Of a stretch of DNA of 64,000 nt, positions 11,981-24,053 are shown piece after piece (position 1 is the stretch's first letter; every line of letters begins with the position of its first letter). A program made the translations under genes and the position numbers. Source of the stretch: Octopus bimaculoides (lineage: Eukaryota); the NCBI RefSeq assembly GCF_001194135.2, contig NC_068997.1, positions 4,989,256-5,053,255 of the forward strand, given 5' to 3'. The notes below the pieces were generated by a model. The model was not told the DNA's origin. It did not search any database and saw only the letters and a program-made list of their open reading frames with translations.

Positions 11981-13172
11981 GTTTATTTGAGTGAAAACAC
12001 CAGTAATATTATTGTTGCTTGTAATCTTGACTAAGTAGACCTATGGTAGTTAGCTGGTCCGTTGATGGCTACATCATTCTAGATATACAATATCTCTGCT
12101 GAATTATGGACCATACTGGACTTTGCTGGTATGTGTAGTGTGGCAGTCAAGGTATGTTGCTGTCTCCACCGTCTTCTCTACTTTTGTATATCTGTTGATT
12201 TGGCTGTTAGCCACAACAGATACAGGCAACATGGGTTCATTCAGAGTATGAGAGTTGTACTTCTGCATTTGTTATTGTTGTGCTATGTACCCTAGCAATG
12301 TTTGGGTGTGATAAGGTTATTGACACAAATGCTACTATTTTTGTATGAGCTTTTTGAGGCTGTCTGGAATTAATGAGAAAGATAGTATATTTAGAACAGT
12401 TTTGTAATGGTGTTCTGGGGAGTAATACAGTGTCTTAATGGAGTGAGAGATATGTTTTGTAGGTGGATGACTGGTAGTGTTGTGAGATATTGAAAATGTA
12501 CCTGAATGTTTGTCTAAATTAGTATTTTCCAGTGTTTTTTGAAACCCAAATCTCTATACCCTTATGTAGCATAGGTAGTGGTAGTAATTTAAAGTTAGTG
12601 TACTGCTCATTGCTCCCTTTAAGCTTTGTAACAACTCCCTAGGATATCTGTAGTCTAAAATTGGTTGAGAAGTGATGCTGTTAGGACAGAGCTGTACATA
12701 TGGCTGGGGTTTGACTGAACAAGCCAATAATAGTATATCTACACAGTTATTCAACCTGAAATTATTAGAAGCTAAATCATCCTCAACATCTTAAGGAAAA
12801 GGAAACACCCAATGGTCCTTTTGATGAGCATTATGAGAAGTATTCTGGAATTGAAGGAGCAAATATTGTAATTTTAAATACAGTAATTGTAGTGCCCTGA
12901 CAGGGAAAGGGCAAAAAATGGCCTTTACACCAGTTGTGTGAGAGAAAAGAAAAACAACTTGTCACATTTTGCAAGGAGAAGGAAAATGACAAGTGACACC
13001 GGAAGGCTAAAAGTAAAGACTGTAGTTGTGACTCAGGAGGGTCATAATGACTTGAAGTTAATCTGGAGATGAGAAGACATGTCACTGAAGAAGTCACAAA
13101 TGGCAACAAAAGGACTTAGGCAAACACAACTGCTGGACTAATTAACTGAATGATTAATTAAACAATTGATTA

Positions 13173-14460
13173 CAATGGTGGGCTGAAAAGTCCATAGGTT
13201 GAATATGAATGAGTGATGCTAGAGCTATGAAATCTTGCATGCATTATTTCCAAACTCTTCCTCTCAATAACTTTCTTGTTTCTTTCCAGCTAAACTGACA
13301 ACTGACTGTTCAAAGCTTTCAAAAGTAACTAGAAGTGACTTCTCTTGAAAATCAACAAAATTTGGTATTGTGGTTATCAAGTACCTACACAAAAAGGGTT
13401 TAGCCCCAACAACACTTCTGCAGACATGGTTGCTACATTAGGGGATGACACTCTAGCTTTATCAACAGTGCAAAAGTCGACAGCTGAATTTGGGAGGGGA
13501 AGGGAGAGCTTAAAAGACAACCCAAGGTCTGGACGTCCTGTAACTCCCACCACCAAGGAAAACATTGATTGTGTTCACCACATGGTGATAGATGAAAGGC
13601 AAGAAACTATAAATCAAATAGGCAATGCATTTAGCATATTCTGTGAATGTGTTGAGAATATTCAGCACAATGAACTTGGCATGATGAAGGTTTCTGCTTG
13701 GTGGGTGCCACGTCTTTTAACACCTGATCAAAAGCACACCAGGCTGATTACATCTCAGGAAAACCTGACATTGTATGAGGCAGATCCAGCTGGTTTCCTT
13801 GAACATTTCTTAACCCAGGATGAGTGTTGGCTTCATCACTTTGAGCCAGAGACAAAGAGATAATCCATGCAGTGAATACACCCCTCCTCACCTGCTCCAA
13901 AGAAGGCCAAGGTCGTTTTATCTGCAGGGAAGGTAATGAAATCAGCTTTTTTGAGATGCAAAAGACATTGTGCGTATTGGCTATCTCCTAAAAGGCCATA
14001 CCACCAACGGAGAGTACTATGCCAACTTGCTGAGGCAGTTACAAAAGGCTATCAAGACCACACACCCAGGAAAACTGACAAAAGGGGTCTTATTTCATCA
14101 GGACAATGCTTCAGTACACAAGTCCTTGGTTTCAATAGTTGCAGTGCATAACTGTGGCTTTGAATTGATTGATCACTGTCTTTATTCTCCTGATTTGGTC
14201 CCATCTGACTATCATTTGTTTCCCAACATTAAAAAAAAATCCCACTTAGCTGGGAACTAATAGTGCAGTGATCATAACATCATATTTGCTGTTGATGACT
14301 TGTTTGACTAACAGCATGAAAGTTTCTTCATCAATGGGACCCAAGCACTGTTTCACTGATAGAAGTGTGTGGACCACAAAGGGGACTATGTTAAAACCTT
14401 ATTCTACCACATTCCACGATAGCATCTTGGTCAGCTTATGAACTTTTCAACTGACCCTCA
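13173..14460 (+). mobile_element. Full-length (1,288 bp) decayed mariner DD34D element, family 2 (irritans-like), antisense within the COA3 intron
   Basis: TIRs caatggtgggctgaaaagtccataggttga / tcagcttatgaacttttcaactgaccctca flanked by TA; motifs WVPRLLT, TQDECW, HQDNA-x-YSPDLVPSD with 34 residues between the last two D; stops and frameshifts. Confidence 0.95.
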
Positions 14461-15135
14461 TAGTTGATTAAATTATAGCTAACCAATTAATGAATAATAA
14501 AGTGAAATTGCACCAGTGTGTGTGTTTATTATTGGTATAATAACCGCCCCAATACACAATAAAATTTGTTTCAGCACATGGGTACACATCAACAATCTTA
14601 TAAATGAAATACAAAAACTAAAAACTAAGGAATTCCTGTTAAAGAAAATACTGAGATATTAGCCAATCAGTTAAAAGCTGATGGTCTGATTGATGTACAT
14701 GCAACTGAAATTTGCCTCTGAATTAGAGAATGAAAACAACAGCCTAGTGCCAATTGTTGGGAAATTTGAAAAAAGGAGGATAATTTCCACAAATTACAAC
14801 TGCACAAAATTAACATGGCTAAAGGAAACTGATGAGTCTTTTACAGGGAAGGAAAACTATGGACTTATTTTCACCTTACTGAAGCTCATCAGCATAGTGA
14901 AGTCTATTCAAGATTGTTTTACACATACGAGTTGTCTACCTTAAACTGAAACCCTACACTGTCAGTACATGTACAGAATATCTAAATACAGTAATTCTTG
15001 CACAAAGTAGTGCAATCAAGAGATAAATTGAACGAAAACAGTTAATTTTACACAATCGATGGAATTTTTGACAACCTGCGTGTGTAAACATATACATTAT
15101 ATCTATATATAAATATATATCATATATTTATCATA

Positions 15136-16513
15136 GTCCTCCAGGCAATAACAGGAATTCAAGACAGGATGCCCCTGGGAGCTCCTCTATGCCAATGACT
15201 TTGCTCTAATTGCTGAGTCACTATCAGAACTAGAGGAGAAGTTTCAGGTGTGGAAGCAAGGATTAGAATTGAAGGGCCTTAGAGTCAACCTAGCTAAAAC
15301 CAAAGTCTTAATACGTAGGAAGGTAGACAAAACACAAATCCCTTCAGGTAGATGGCCCTGCTCAATCTGTAGAAAAGGTGTATGTAGAAACTCCATAAGA
15401 TGTACCCAGTGTAAGCTATGGAGAAATAAGAGGTGCAGCAATATCAAAGGAAGGCTAACTGGGAAGATAGTTTTTGTATGTNNNNNNNNNNNNNNNNNNN
15501 NNNNNNNNNNNNNNNNNNNNNNNNNNNNNNNNNNNNNNNNNNNNNNNNNNNNNNNNNNNNNNNNNNNNNNNNNNNNNNNNNNNNNNNNNNNNNNNNNNNN
15601 NNNNNNNNNNNNNNNNNNNNNNNNNNNNNNNNNNNNNNNNNNNNNNNNNNNNNNNNNNNNNNNNNNNNNNNNNNNNNNNNNNNNNNNNNNNNNNNNNNNN
15701 NNNNNNNNNNNNNNNNNNNNNNNNNNNNCATGGGCCGTGACTGCTGAGGACATGCATAAGCTTGCAAGGAATGAAGCCAGTATGCTCCGCTGGATGTGTA
15801 ATGTCAGTGTGCATACTCGACAGAGTGTAAGTGCCTTGAGAGAAAAGTTGGACCTAAGAAGCATCAGATGTGGTGTGCAAGAGAGATGATGGCGCTGGTA
15901 TGGTCATGTGGTGAGAATGGATGAAGATAGCTGTGTGAAAAAGTGTCACACCCTAGCGTTTGAGGGAACCTGGGGAAGAAGTAGACCCAGGAAGACCTGG
16001 GATGAGGTGGTGAAGCACGACCTTTGAACATTAGGCCTCACCAAGGCAATGACTAGTGACTGAGACCTTTGGAAATATGCTGTGCTTGAGAAGACCTGTC
16101 AAGCCAAGTGAGATCATAACCCATGGCCTATGCCAGTGGTGTAACCAGCCCACTTATGTATAACTTTCCTTCATTGGACACTAAACTCTGCTTGCGAAGA
16201 CCTGTTGAGGCAAGTGAAACCGAAATCAAATTCAATGACAGCACCACTTGACTGGCATCTGTGCTAGTGGAGCGCTAAGAGCACCATCCCAGCGTGGTCG
16301 TTGCCAGTACCGCCTGACTGGCCCTCGTGCCGGTGGCACGTAAAAGCACCCACTACACTCTCAGAGTGGTTGGCGTTAGGAAGGGCATCCAGCTGTAGAA
16401 ACTCTGCCAGATCAGATTGGAGCTTGGTGCAGTCATCTGGCTTGCCAGTCCTCACACAAACCGTCCAACCCATGCCAGCATGGAAAGCGGACGTTAAACG
16501 ATGATGATGATGA
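15136..16513 (+). mobile_element. 5'-truncated RTE LINE (RT C-terminus plus 3' UTR with (GAT)n tail)
   Basis: GCPWELLYANDFALIAES...WKQGLELKGLRVNLAKTKV; GRPRKTWDEVV; the tail ends aaacgatgatgatgat. Confidence 0.9.
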
Positions 16514-16974
16514 CATTTAATTCGTCTTCCTCATTAGTATTAAAGAAAATAAACTATAGTTATCAAAATGTTATTGGAGTTAGCCATAAAAATCACAAGT
16601 ATTTTATAAAATAATTTCACCAATACAATGTAGATTTGCAATAAAGCCGGTGTGATCGGCCACCTAGAAATAGCAACCACACTGACCTAACGTTACGCCC
16701 TACCATATTAAATAAGAAAAGAACACATTACATAATGTTATCCTAGATAACCCCCAACAAAAAAGGGTTTTTTTAATTATATAACTGTTCGATACAAGTT
16801 CACCTGGAACTCTCACATACATTTTGTTTTAATTTGTATATGCCCAAGTTATGACAATCATTGTCTCAACAACTGCAGATCGAATATCGATAAAATTTTG
16901 ATTGAAGAGTATGAACTAAAAGAGACACAGTGGAGAACCAGTGACGAGGTCCCGAATAACAGTAAGGTCCAGAT

Positions 16975-17253
16975 GGACTATATGTAATCTGAACCTTTCC
17001 CCCCCTTATTATTATTTTTTTTTACGGAATCCCACGTTTTAGGCTATGGAGATTCCCAAACCTAACACTAGTTTTGTGAGATTTGGCTGTTATTTCTAGC
17101 ATGTAAATAGCCTGCTTGGTGGGGGGGAGTGGGGGAATTGAAATTTTTCAAACAATTTTTTTTCAGAATCGGAATCTGGATAGCCTAAAACGTGGGATTC
17201 CGTAAAAAAAAATAATAATAAGGGGGGGGGGAGGTTCAGATTACATATAGTCC
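16975..17253. mobile_element. Foldback element/MITE with near-perfect 72-73 bp inverted arms
   Basis: Arms 16975-17046 and 17181-17253 differ only in a C-run (ttC7 vs C10); 134-nt spacer; no convincing TSD. Confidence 0.9.
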
Positions 17254-17552
17254 GTCTCCGCCAACAGTAATATTGCAAAACAATTATAAAGTAAAAGTGA
17301 ATAATACAATGCACGTGTATTTAGTAATTATGACTCTATTAGGTTGCTAAATATAAAATCGGCTGATAGTTTAAATAAAACAAGCTACAGTGCCTTTCTC
17401 TTTCTCCCTCTAATTTCTAAATATGTGTATATTATTACTTAAATAAAAATAAACCCTTAGACAAGTTCTTTGTCTTGTTCATAATTTTATATTATTATTA
17501 TTATATAACATTTGGTTAGCAAAAAGAATTTACACAACTTCCAGTTTAGCAT

Positions 17553-17561
17553 GAAGGATAC
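17553..17561 (-). promoter_or_regulatory. U12-type 5' splice site GTATCCTTC
   Basis: Minus strand GCTATTT|GTATCCTTCAT matches RTATCCTTY; a poor U2 donor. Confidence 0.88.
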
Positions 17562-17748
17562 AAATAGCAAGAACACAGCCACCAATGAGAAACCCTGTCA
17601 TCAAATTGCGTCGTTTTAGACTTTTGATATTCTGCGCTCTTTCTTTGTTTATAGACTCCAATTTACGAACGAAATATTTCTGCGACTCGCTTAAACCAGC
17701 GAATTCCTTCTGCATGTCGACCTTCGGCATTTGTCTGTTCTCCGCCAT
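17562..17748 (-). CDS. COA3: Cytochrome c oxidase assembly factor 3, coding exon 1
   Basis: ATG at 17748 in aaacATGG context; MAENRQMPKVDMQKEFAGLSESQKYFVRKLESINKERAQNIKSLKRRNLMTGFLIGGCVLAI(Y) aligns to COA3 RN.VTG..IG..VLAIY. The ORF-track start at 17787 is GTG, not ATG. Confidence 0.93.
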
Positions 17749-17769
17749 GTTTGCTGCTACACCGGAAGT
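17742..17769 (-). promoter_or_regulatory. COA3 core promoter motifs: ETS/GABP (CCGGAAGT) and YY1-like AAACATGGCGG overlapping the ATG
   Basis: ccggaagt at 17762-17769; ccgccatgttt at 17742-17752; locally CpG-rich. Confidence 0.55.
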
Positions 17770-18100
17770 GGTATTTGAAAACTCCACAGCTAAAGACGGA
17801 AACAGCCGCGACGAACTTTTCTGTGACTATAATTATTTTCTATTAGGAGAGTATTGTACTTCGCTTGAAGCATTGTGTATTGTTTGTAAAAAAAATAATA
17901 AATAATTATAATAATAATGTGTTTTGAATGGCAAACAATGCACTATTATAACAACAATGGACTATAATTACTGTTGTAATTTAATCATCTATAGTCTGAT
18001 ATAATATTTCGGAATATAAGCATTCCTGCTTCAGATAATTCTAGTCACATCTAGATGCATTATAGAAATATTAAATCTCTCCTTCGAACTTCACAAGCTT

Positions 18101-18349
18101 GGTACTACTAAAGCAGCGCGGACCCGAACGCGCAGTCGCGCGTCCGCGCCAGCTAGTCGTGAGTGGTCGATCCTAACCCTAAACACGTATTCATTTGCAC
18201 ACGCGGGATAGGGTTAGGGTTAAGGTTAAGGTTAGAGTTAGGGATAGGGTTAGGGACAGGGTTAGGGTTAGGGTTAGGATCGACCACTCAAGACTAGCTA
18301 GCGTGGCCGCGCGACTGCGCGTTCAGGTCCGCGCTGCTTTCGTAGTACC
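18101..18349. mobile_element. 249-bp MITE with 82-bp TIRs, internal degenerate (TTAGGG)12 and an 8-9 bp TSD (Merlin- or MULE-like)
   Basis: TIRs 18101-18182 and 18268-18349 with 6 mismatches, GG termini; TSD cacaagctt (18092-18100) / cacaagctc (18350-18358). Confidence 0.9.
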
Positions 18350-18599
18350 CACAAGCTCTTTATTTTAACCGCGACACGATTCGAACTCAAAATGTAAAGG
18401 ACCGTAACAAATATCGCAAACTATTTTGTGCGACGCTCTAACGATTCTGCCAATCAAACACATCGGCTTGCTGGAAAGAGCAACCAAATCTCCCTCAAAT
18501 CACACAGTACCCTACTTAATAACTACACTGGACAGTGTTGCCTACAATAGATATACATTGTTCAGTTTAATTAGATTAAAAAATTAAGGGGGAGATAAG

Positions 18600-18865
18600 T
18601 CAACTTTTTACACACCACTGGCGAAATATGACTTCTCTCAAAAAATGAATGGTAACGAACAGATTTGCTCCTTTTACAACTCTTGCAGTGCCATAATTTT
18701 CCATCAGTAACGTCACGGAGTAGTAAGGCCACATGGGGATTACAATTTTCACAGGTGCAGATATTCATAACTAGTCGACACCGCGCCAACCACTGAAGAA
18801 TGTTGTCTCCAGCTTTTCCTAATTGAATGATAGTCCACGATTCTTCTAAGACAGATTCGTCCCTT
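18600..18865 (-). mobile_element. Merlin/IS1595 (ISXO2-like) transposase N-terminal zinc-ribbon remnant
   Basis: Open frame ILQWLARCRLVMNICTCENC...DVTDGKLWHCKSCKRSKSVRYHSFFERSH fits the CxxC...DG..W.CxxC...S.R..SFFE.S pattern of Merlin transposases. Confidence 0.65.
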
Positions 18866-19384
18866 TGCTTCTTTTACTACTTATCCTCCCCCTTAATTTA
18901 CTTTTTAATCTAAGCAAACTGAATGTTTACCATATATATATATATANNNNNNNNNNNNNNNNNNNNNNNNNNNNNNNNNNNNNNNNNNNNNNNNNNNNNN
19001 NNNNNNNNNNNNNNNNNNNNNNNNNNNNNNNNNNNNNNNNNNNNNNNNNNNNNNNNNNNNNNNNNNNNNNNNNNNNNNNNNNNNNNNNNNNNNTGTGTTT
19101 TTGTGTGTGTGTGTATACGTGTGCGTGCGCGCGCATGCGTGTGTGTGTGTGTGTGTGTGTGCCTCTGTATCTGAAAGGAGTTTCATTGGAAAAGAGAAGG
19201 GAAGGAAGGAAGGAATTGTGTTTACATCTATACAGTTGATTAGTTCCAAAAAGGTAGGAGAGAAATATGAGAACCTAGGTAACTGGGTTCAATTCTAGTT
19301 GGTACAAAAATGTCCGACTATCTGGGTTTCTTGCCATTTTTAGGCTCTGTTGTTCCAAAGTTGAAGAACCTAGATGGGTTGTGA

Positions 19385-19660
19385 TTTTCATGTTTTCAGC
19401 TATTCAGTTTCGGTGAGAATTTTGTTATGAAGTATTTCTCCATATTTTTCCTGAAGGAGGTGTCATTTCTTGGGCATTTATAGAAGAGAAAGATCTTAAA
19501 TATTCCTTCTCAACATGCTTCTAGGTGTTCACTCAGTGGAATTTTCCGTAGTTCCTCCTGTCGGACATGTTGTCGGTGAATTCTGGCTCGTGTGTAGTGG
19601 TTAGCGATCTATCATGGCGAATGCCGGACAGAAGGGTTACACAGGAGAATTAAGAAGAAG
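19385..19660 (-). mobile_element. Penelope-like element, GIY-YIG endonuclease C-terminus
   Basis: RIHRQHVRQEELRKIPLSEHLEAC*EGIFKIFLFYKC...EKYFITKFSPKLNS*. Confidence 0.75.
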
Positions 19661-20624
19661 GGGAGATAACAAAGTAGTAGTGATCCCAAAGTGAAGGTGC
19701 GTGTGTGTAAGAGAGTGCTGGTGATCTTGATGTGTGCATGTGTCTATGTGTAGGTGTGAAAATGTGGGGATGGGAATTGGTGTAAGGGCTGGGATGGGGT
19801 GGGATGAGAAGGTGGGGTAGGATTGTGTAGGGGTGGGGTGGGCTTATGAGGGAGGGTTGACGATGAAGGGGGAAAGGGAAGGTGGGTATGAGAGAAAGAG
19901 AGTAAGAGAGAAAGAGAGTAGGGGTGAAGAGAAGTAAAGAGAAGTAGGAGTCAGAGCAAGAGAGGAGAGGGGGGTGGGAGGAAGTAGGCAGGAGGGGGAG
20001 AAAGGCAAGGGGTGGAGGTTAGATGAAGAGGGGAGGAGAGTTGAGCCCATGTGGNNNNNNNNNNNNNNNNNNNNNNNNNNNNNNNNNNNNNNNNNNNNNN
20101 NNNNNNNNNNNNNNNNNNNNNNNNNNNNNNNNNNNNNNNNNNNNNNNNNNNNNNNNNNNNNNNNNNNNNNNNNNNNNNNNNNNNNNNNNNNNNNNNNNNN
20201 NNNNNNNNNNNNNNNNNNNNNNNNNNNNNNNNNNNNNNNNNNNNNNNNNNNNNNNNNNNNNNNNNNNNNNNNNNNNNNNNNNNNNNNNNNNNNNNNNNNN
20301 NNNNNNNNNNNNNNNNNNNNNNNNNNNNNNNNNNNNNNNNNNNNNNNNNNNNNNNNNNNNNNNNNNNNNNNNNNNNNNNNNNNNGTGGTGGCGTTGGTGG
20401 TGGTGGTTGTGGTGGCGGTGGTGGTGGTGGTGGTGGTGGTGGAAGTGTTGCAGAGATGTTACATAATTGATAAGTGCTTAATTAATGTGCAGTACTGAGT
20501 GTAGTGGCCTGAACAGGATGCAGTCCATACAAATAAAGGCAGTAGCAGGAGAAAGAGAAGGAAGAGAAGGAACTGTGGCCACTGAGCACTGATTCCTCAA
20601 GAGGAAAAAAAGGTTAAAACTGCC

Positions 20625-20656
<32 letters not shown>

Positions 20657-21236
20657 CCACCAATGTACAAGTCTCTACCTGGTCATTTGACCTGTTAAAA
20701 ATTGCAGCTAAATCTTCCCCAAATCATAATCAACTGCCACCTTAACAAAATAGGGGTAGACATAACAGAACCTGAAATATGCAATACTTTCAAGTAAGAT
20801 GAGATGATCATTTCTGGAATACCTTTGATTGTAGGTCTGCTCAATCAGAGCTAATCTGGAGCTAAACCACAGCAGCATTTATGATCACCCAACCTGCTAG
20901 AAATAGCAGTCAAATGATCATGAAATGAACATACCCTATTGTCTTAAATAATATTATATAATATAGATCTACATTAAAAAAAGCATGATGGTCATGGCTT
21001 GGGCACCTTTAAACATAAGATGTTTCAGTCAGGGATGACTTTGGACTAAACAGCAATAACACCAACAACTAGAACAGCATCAACAACAACAGTATCAATA
21101 GCAGTAACTACAATAATAACAATAAGCATGAACAATAATAGGATCAATAACAGTAACAACAACAGCAACAACAACAACAACAGCATCGCCAACAGTATAA
21201 ATAAACAACTGCACCAACAACAGTAACATCAACATC

Positions 21237-21279
<43 letters not shown>

Positions 21280-21449
21280 CAAGTGAGTGAGTGTCTTGAA
21301 AACATGTACCATGGTCTCATAAATTTTTTAGATGTTGATGCAACCACAAGCAAAGACACCTTCTTAGTATCCTGCCCCTGATCTAGTGGCACATTCAAGA
21401 TGTGATATCCGAAGGGAGTGACTGAGAGAAAGAGAGAGAGAGGGAGTGA

Positions 21450-21489
<40 letters not shown>

Positions 21490-21689
21490 TGCACTAGCAA
21501 TCAGCTGATACAGCTGAGTAAACTGAACCAATGTGAAATGAAGTGCCTTGCTCAAGGACACAAAGCATTACCCAATTCAGGACATTATGATTGTACTTCA
21601 AACACTTTAAATATTTGGCTATGCTATGTCACAAGCATGTACATATATTAGCTGACATTTCTTCATCGTTGAGAATGCTCCAAAGGTTT

Positions 21690-22155
21690 ATGAAACTCTG
21701 AGACCATTTGCTAGTGTGTGAGTTGCAAGTTCAATCCTCACAAGTCCCTTGATTCATGGCACAGCTGGGTAAAAATGACAGTCTGCCATAGTTCACCATG
21801 GACAAAGGATAAAGGACAAAGACCCCCATGGTTCATGAATGACCAAGGGATTGCACCTAGAAAGTTCCCTTCCAAGGCACAAGTCCAGGCAAGATTGTTT
21901 ATGGAAGGCCAGTAGTCACCCATGCATACCAGCCACCCCTCTCCATGCCAAAGATGTTATCCGAGGGAAAGGCAGGGGCCGGTATAACTTGGCACCAGTG
22001 ACGTTGCAACTCATTTCTACAGCTGAGTGAACTGGAGCAACATGAAATAAAGTGTCTTGCTCAAGAACACAACACACAGCCTGGTCCAAGAATCGAACTT
22101 ACTACCTCATGATTGTGAGCCTGATACTCTAATCACTGAGCCATGTGCCTCCACC
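21690..22155 (-). mobile_element. tRNA-derived SINE (A box TGGCTCAGTGATT, B box GTTCGATTC, CORE-like segment)
   Basis: Reverse complement of 22070-22155 is a tRNA-like head followed by gtgttcttgagcaagacactttatttca. Confidence 0.8.
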
Positions 22156-22537
22156 ATGACACCGTCTTAGTGCAAGAAAGGTAATGACACACCCAGTGGT
22201 GAGAACTAAATGCCTGTATAGAATTTGAACTTAGAATGTGAAGAACCAGGATAGTAGAATAGATAACACAAATTACCTCATCCAATGCACTAACAATTCT
22301 GCCAATCCACATCCCTGGACTCATATCCATTGCCCTGGACTCATATCCACTACCTAAGACTTATATTTACTACTCTGAATGTGTATCCACTGTCCTCGAC
22401 TTCTTTCCCTATTTATTGAGCCCCAAAATGCTGGAAAGCAAAATTGATCATTGCAGGATTTGAACACAAAGCACAAAGAATCAGAACAAATGCCATACAG
22501 TATTTTATCTGGCACCCTACTAACTCTACTAATTTGC

Positions 22538-22574
<37 letters not shown>

Positions 22575-23588
22575 AAAAGTACAAAATGTACAACTATCAC
22601 TTGCAAGTGAGTATGGCTCTCATTATTGTTTTAGTAGTCTTAGTCTTGGGCAGACATAGGTACTCCCTTGACCCAGTGGAACCTTCAGGATGTAACAGCT
22701 GGAAAGAGAGAGAGAAGGAGAGAGAGAGAGAGAGGGGTGGGTGGGGGGTGGGGGGAGGATTGCACTTGCACTTGTCTGAGGCTCATTTTCAGCCAGAATA
22801 GACTGGAGTAAGGTGAAACAAAGTGCTTTGCCAAGGATACAATGTACCAACTGGTCTGAGAATTGAACCAACGTTCTAACCATTGGACCAAGAGCTGAAT
22901 ACCCTCACCACTGGGTCATAAACGAAACAACAAGAAAAACAATCCAAATGACAACAATAACACCTACAACTTGATATACCTGAAACTGTAGAACTGTGGA
23001 CAATACTAAATTGTTCGGTTGACTACCTTTATGCTCAATCAAGCTTGACATGGACAACATCAATAACAAGAACAATGTCGTGTACAAATGACACTAAAAA
23101 ATATATTTTCAAATTGAAAGTGTCTGTAAAGTGCTGGTAGGTGGCCACTTGGTACCAGCAAAAGCAAAATTTCAGGTTTGGGTTGGGCAAATTTTAAAGA
23201 TAATATAAATTCAAAGTTTCTCCCAAACAAATGATATTATGACTCAAAATATTTAAAACTCAGTGTTGGGTTCTTTTAAGTGTTCAATGGAACAGAAAGC
23301 ATTAATTTAACTGGAAATCTCTGTTCAATTCAACCATGACTCAATGTCTTTGATTACATAACAATTGAGCCTCTACAAACAGATTCTATTTTACTCCCAA
23401 AACAGCTATTGATATCAAGTATCACTGCTATTTTAGACTGGGTGTAGCAGTAGTGGTGATGGTGGTGGTTGAGGTGGATGAGGTGGTTGTTGTAGTAGTA
23501 GTAGTAGTGCTGGTGGTAGTGCAGTTGGTGCAAATTTATGGGCCATCAAACAAAAACTTTCATGATACCTAGTTTTGTTTGAGAGATG

Positions 23589-23671
<83 letters not shown>

Positions 23672-24053
23672 TGAAGAAGTTGGTAGAAATTTGCAGTATA
23701 TATTTTTATCCCAGGCCATTGTAATGAATCCATAGTAAACACCAAAAATACTTCAATCCTCAGTGCATCTGTCCACTTCAAGTGTCTTCTGTTATAACTC
23801 CAGGCTGAACAAAGTTTTGTCAGTGGATTTTGAAAGGCAGAAATTGAAAGAATCCTGTCACAATCGTGCATGTGCGCGCACATCTACACGTATGTGTGTG
23901 TGTGCGTATGTGTGTATGTGCGTGTGTGTGCATGCATGTGTGTGTGTGCATGAGCACACGTGTGTGTATGCATACATATGTATATACATACATATCTATA
24001 TTTACATACACACATGCATGCACGCATACACACTCACATATACACACAAATCA

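Larger units (their letters stand above)
9428..17561 (-). other. COA3: COA3 U12-type GT-AG intron (8,134 nt, includes an N gap)
   Basis: 5' GTATCCTTC donor plus CCTTAAC branch site; removing it restores a 92-aa COA3 ORF. Confidence 0.88.

Noticed and set aside
12100-12750. Penelope-like RT/linker remnant
   Set aside because: Too degenerate for any diagnostic motif to be read confidently
17530-17787. 85-aa single-exon ORF as the COA3 protein
   Set aside because: It starts at GTG and reads through the U12 donor; the spliced 92-aa form restores the conserved QEKFLDE tail
18205-18278. True telomere or chromosome-fusion scar
   Set aside because: The repeats are short, degenerate and enclosed by TIRs with a TSD
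22070-22155. tRNA gene
   Set aside because: The A/B boxes are the head of a SINE; there is no complete cloverleaf
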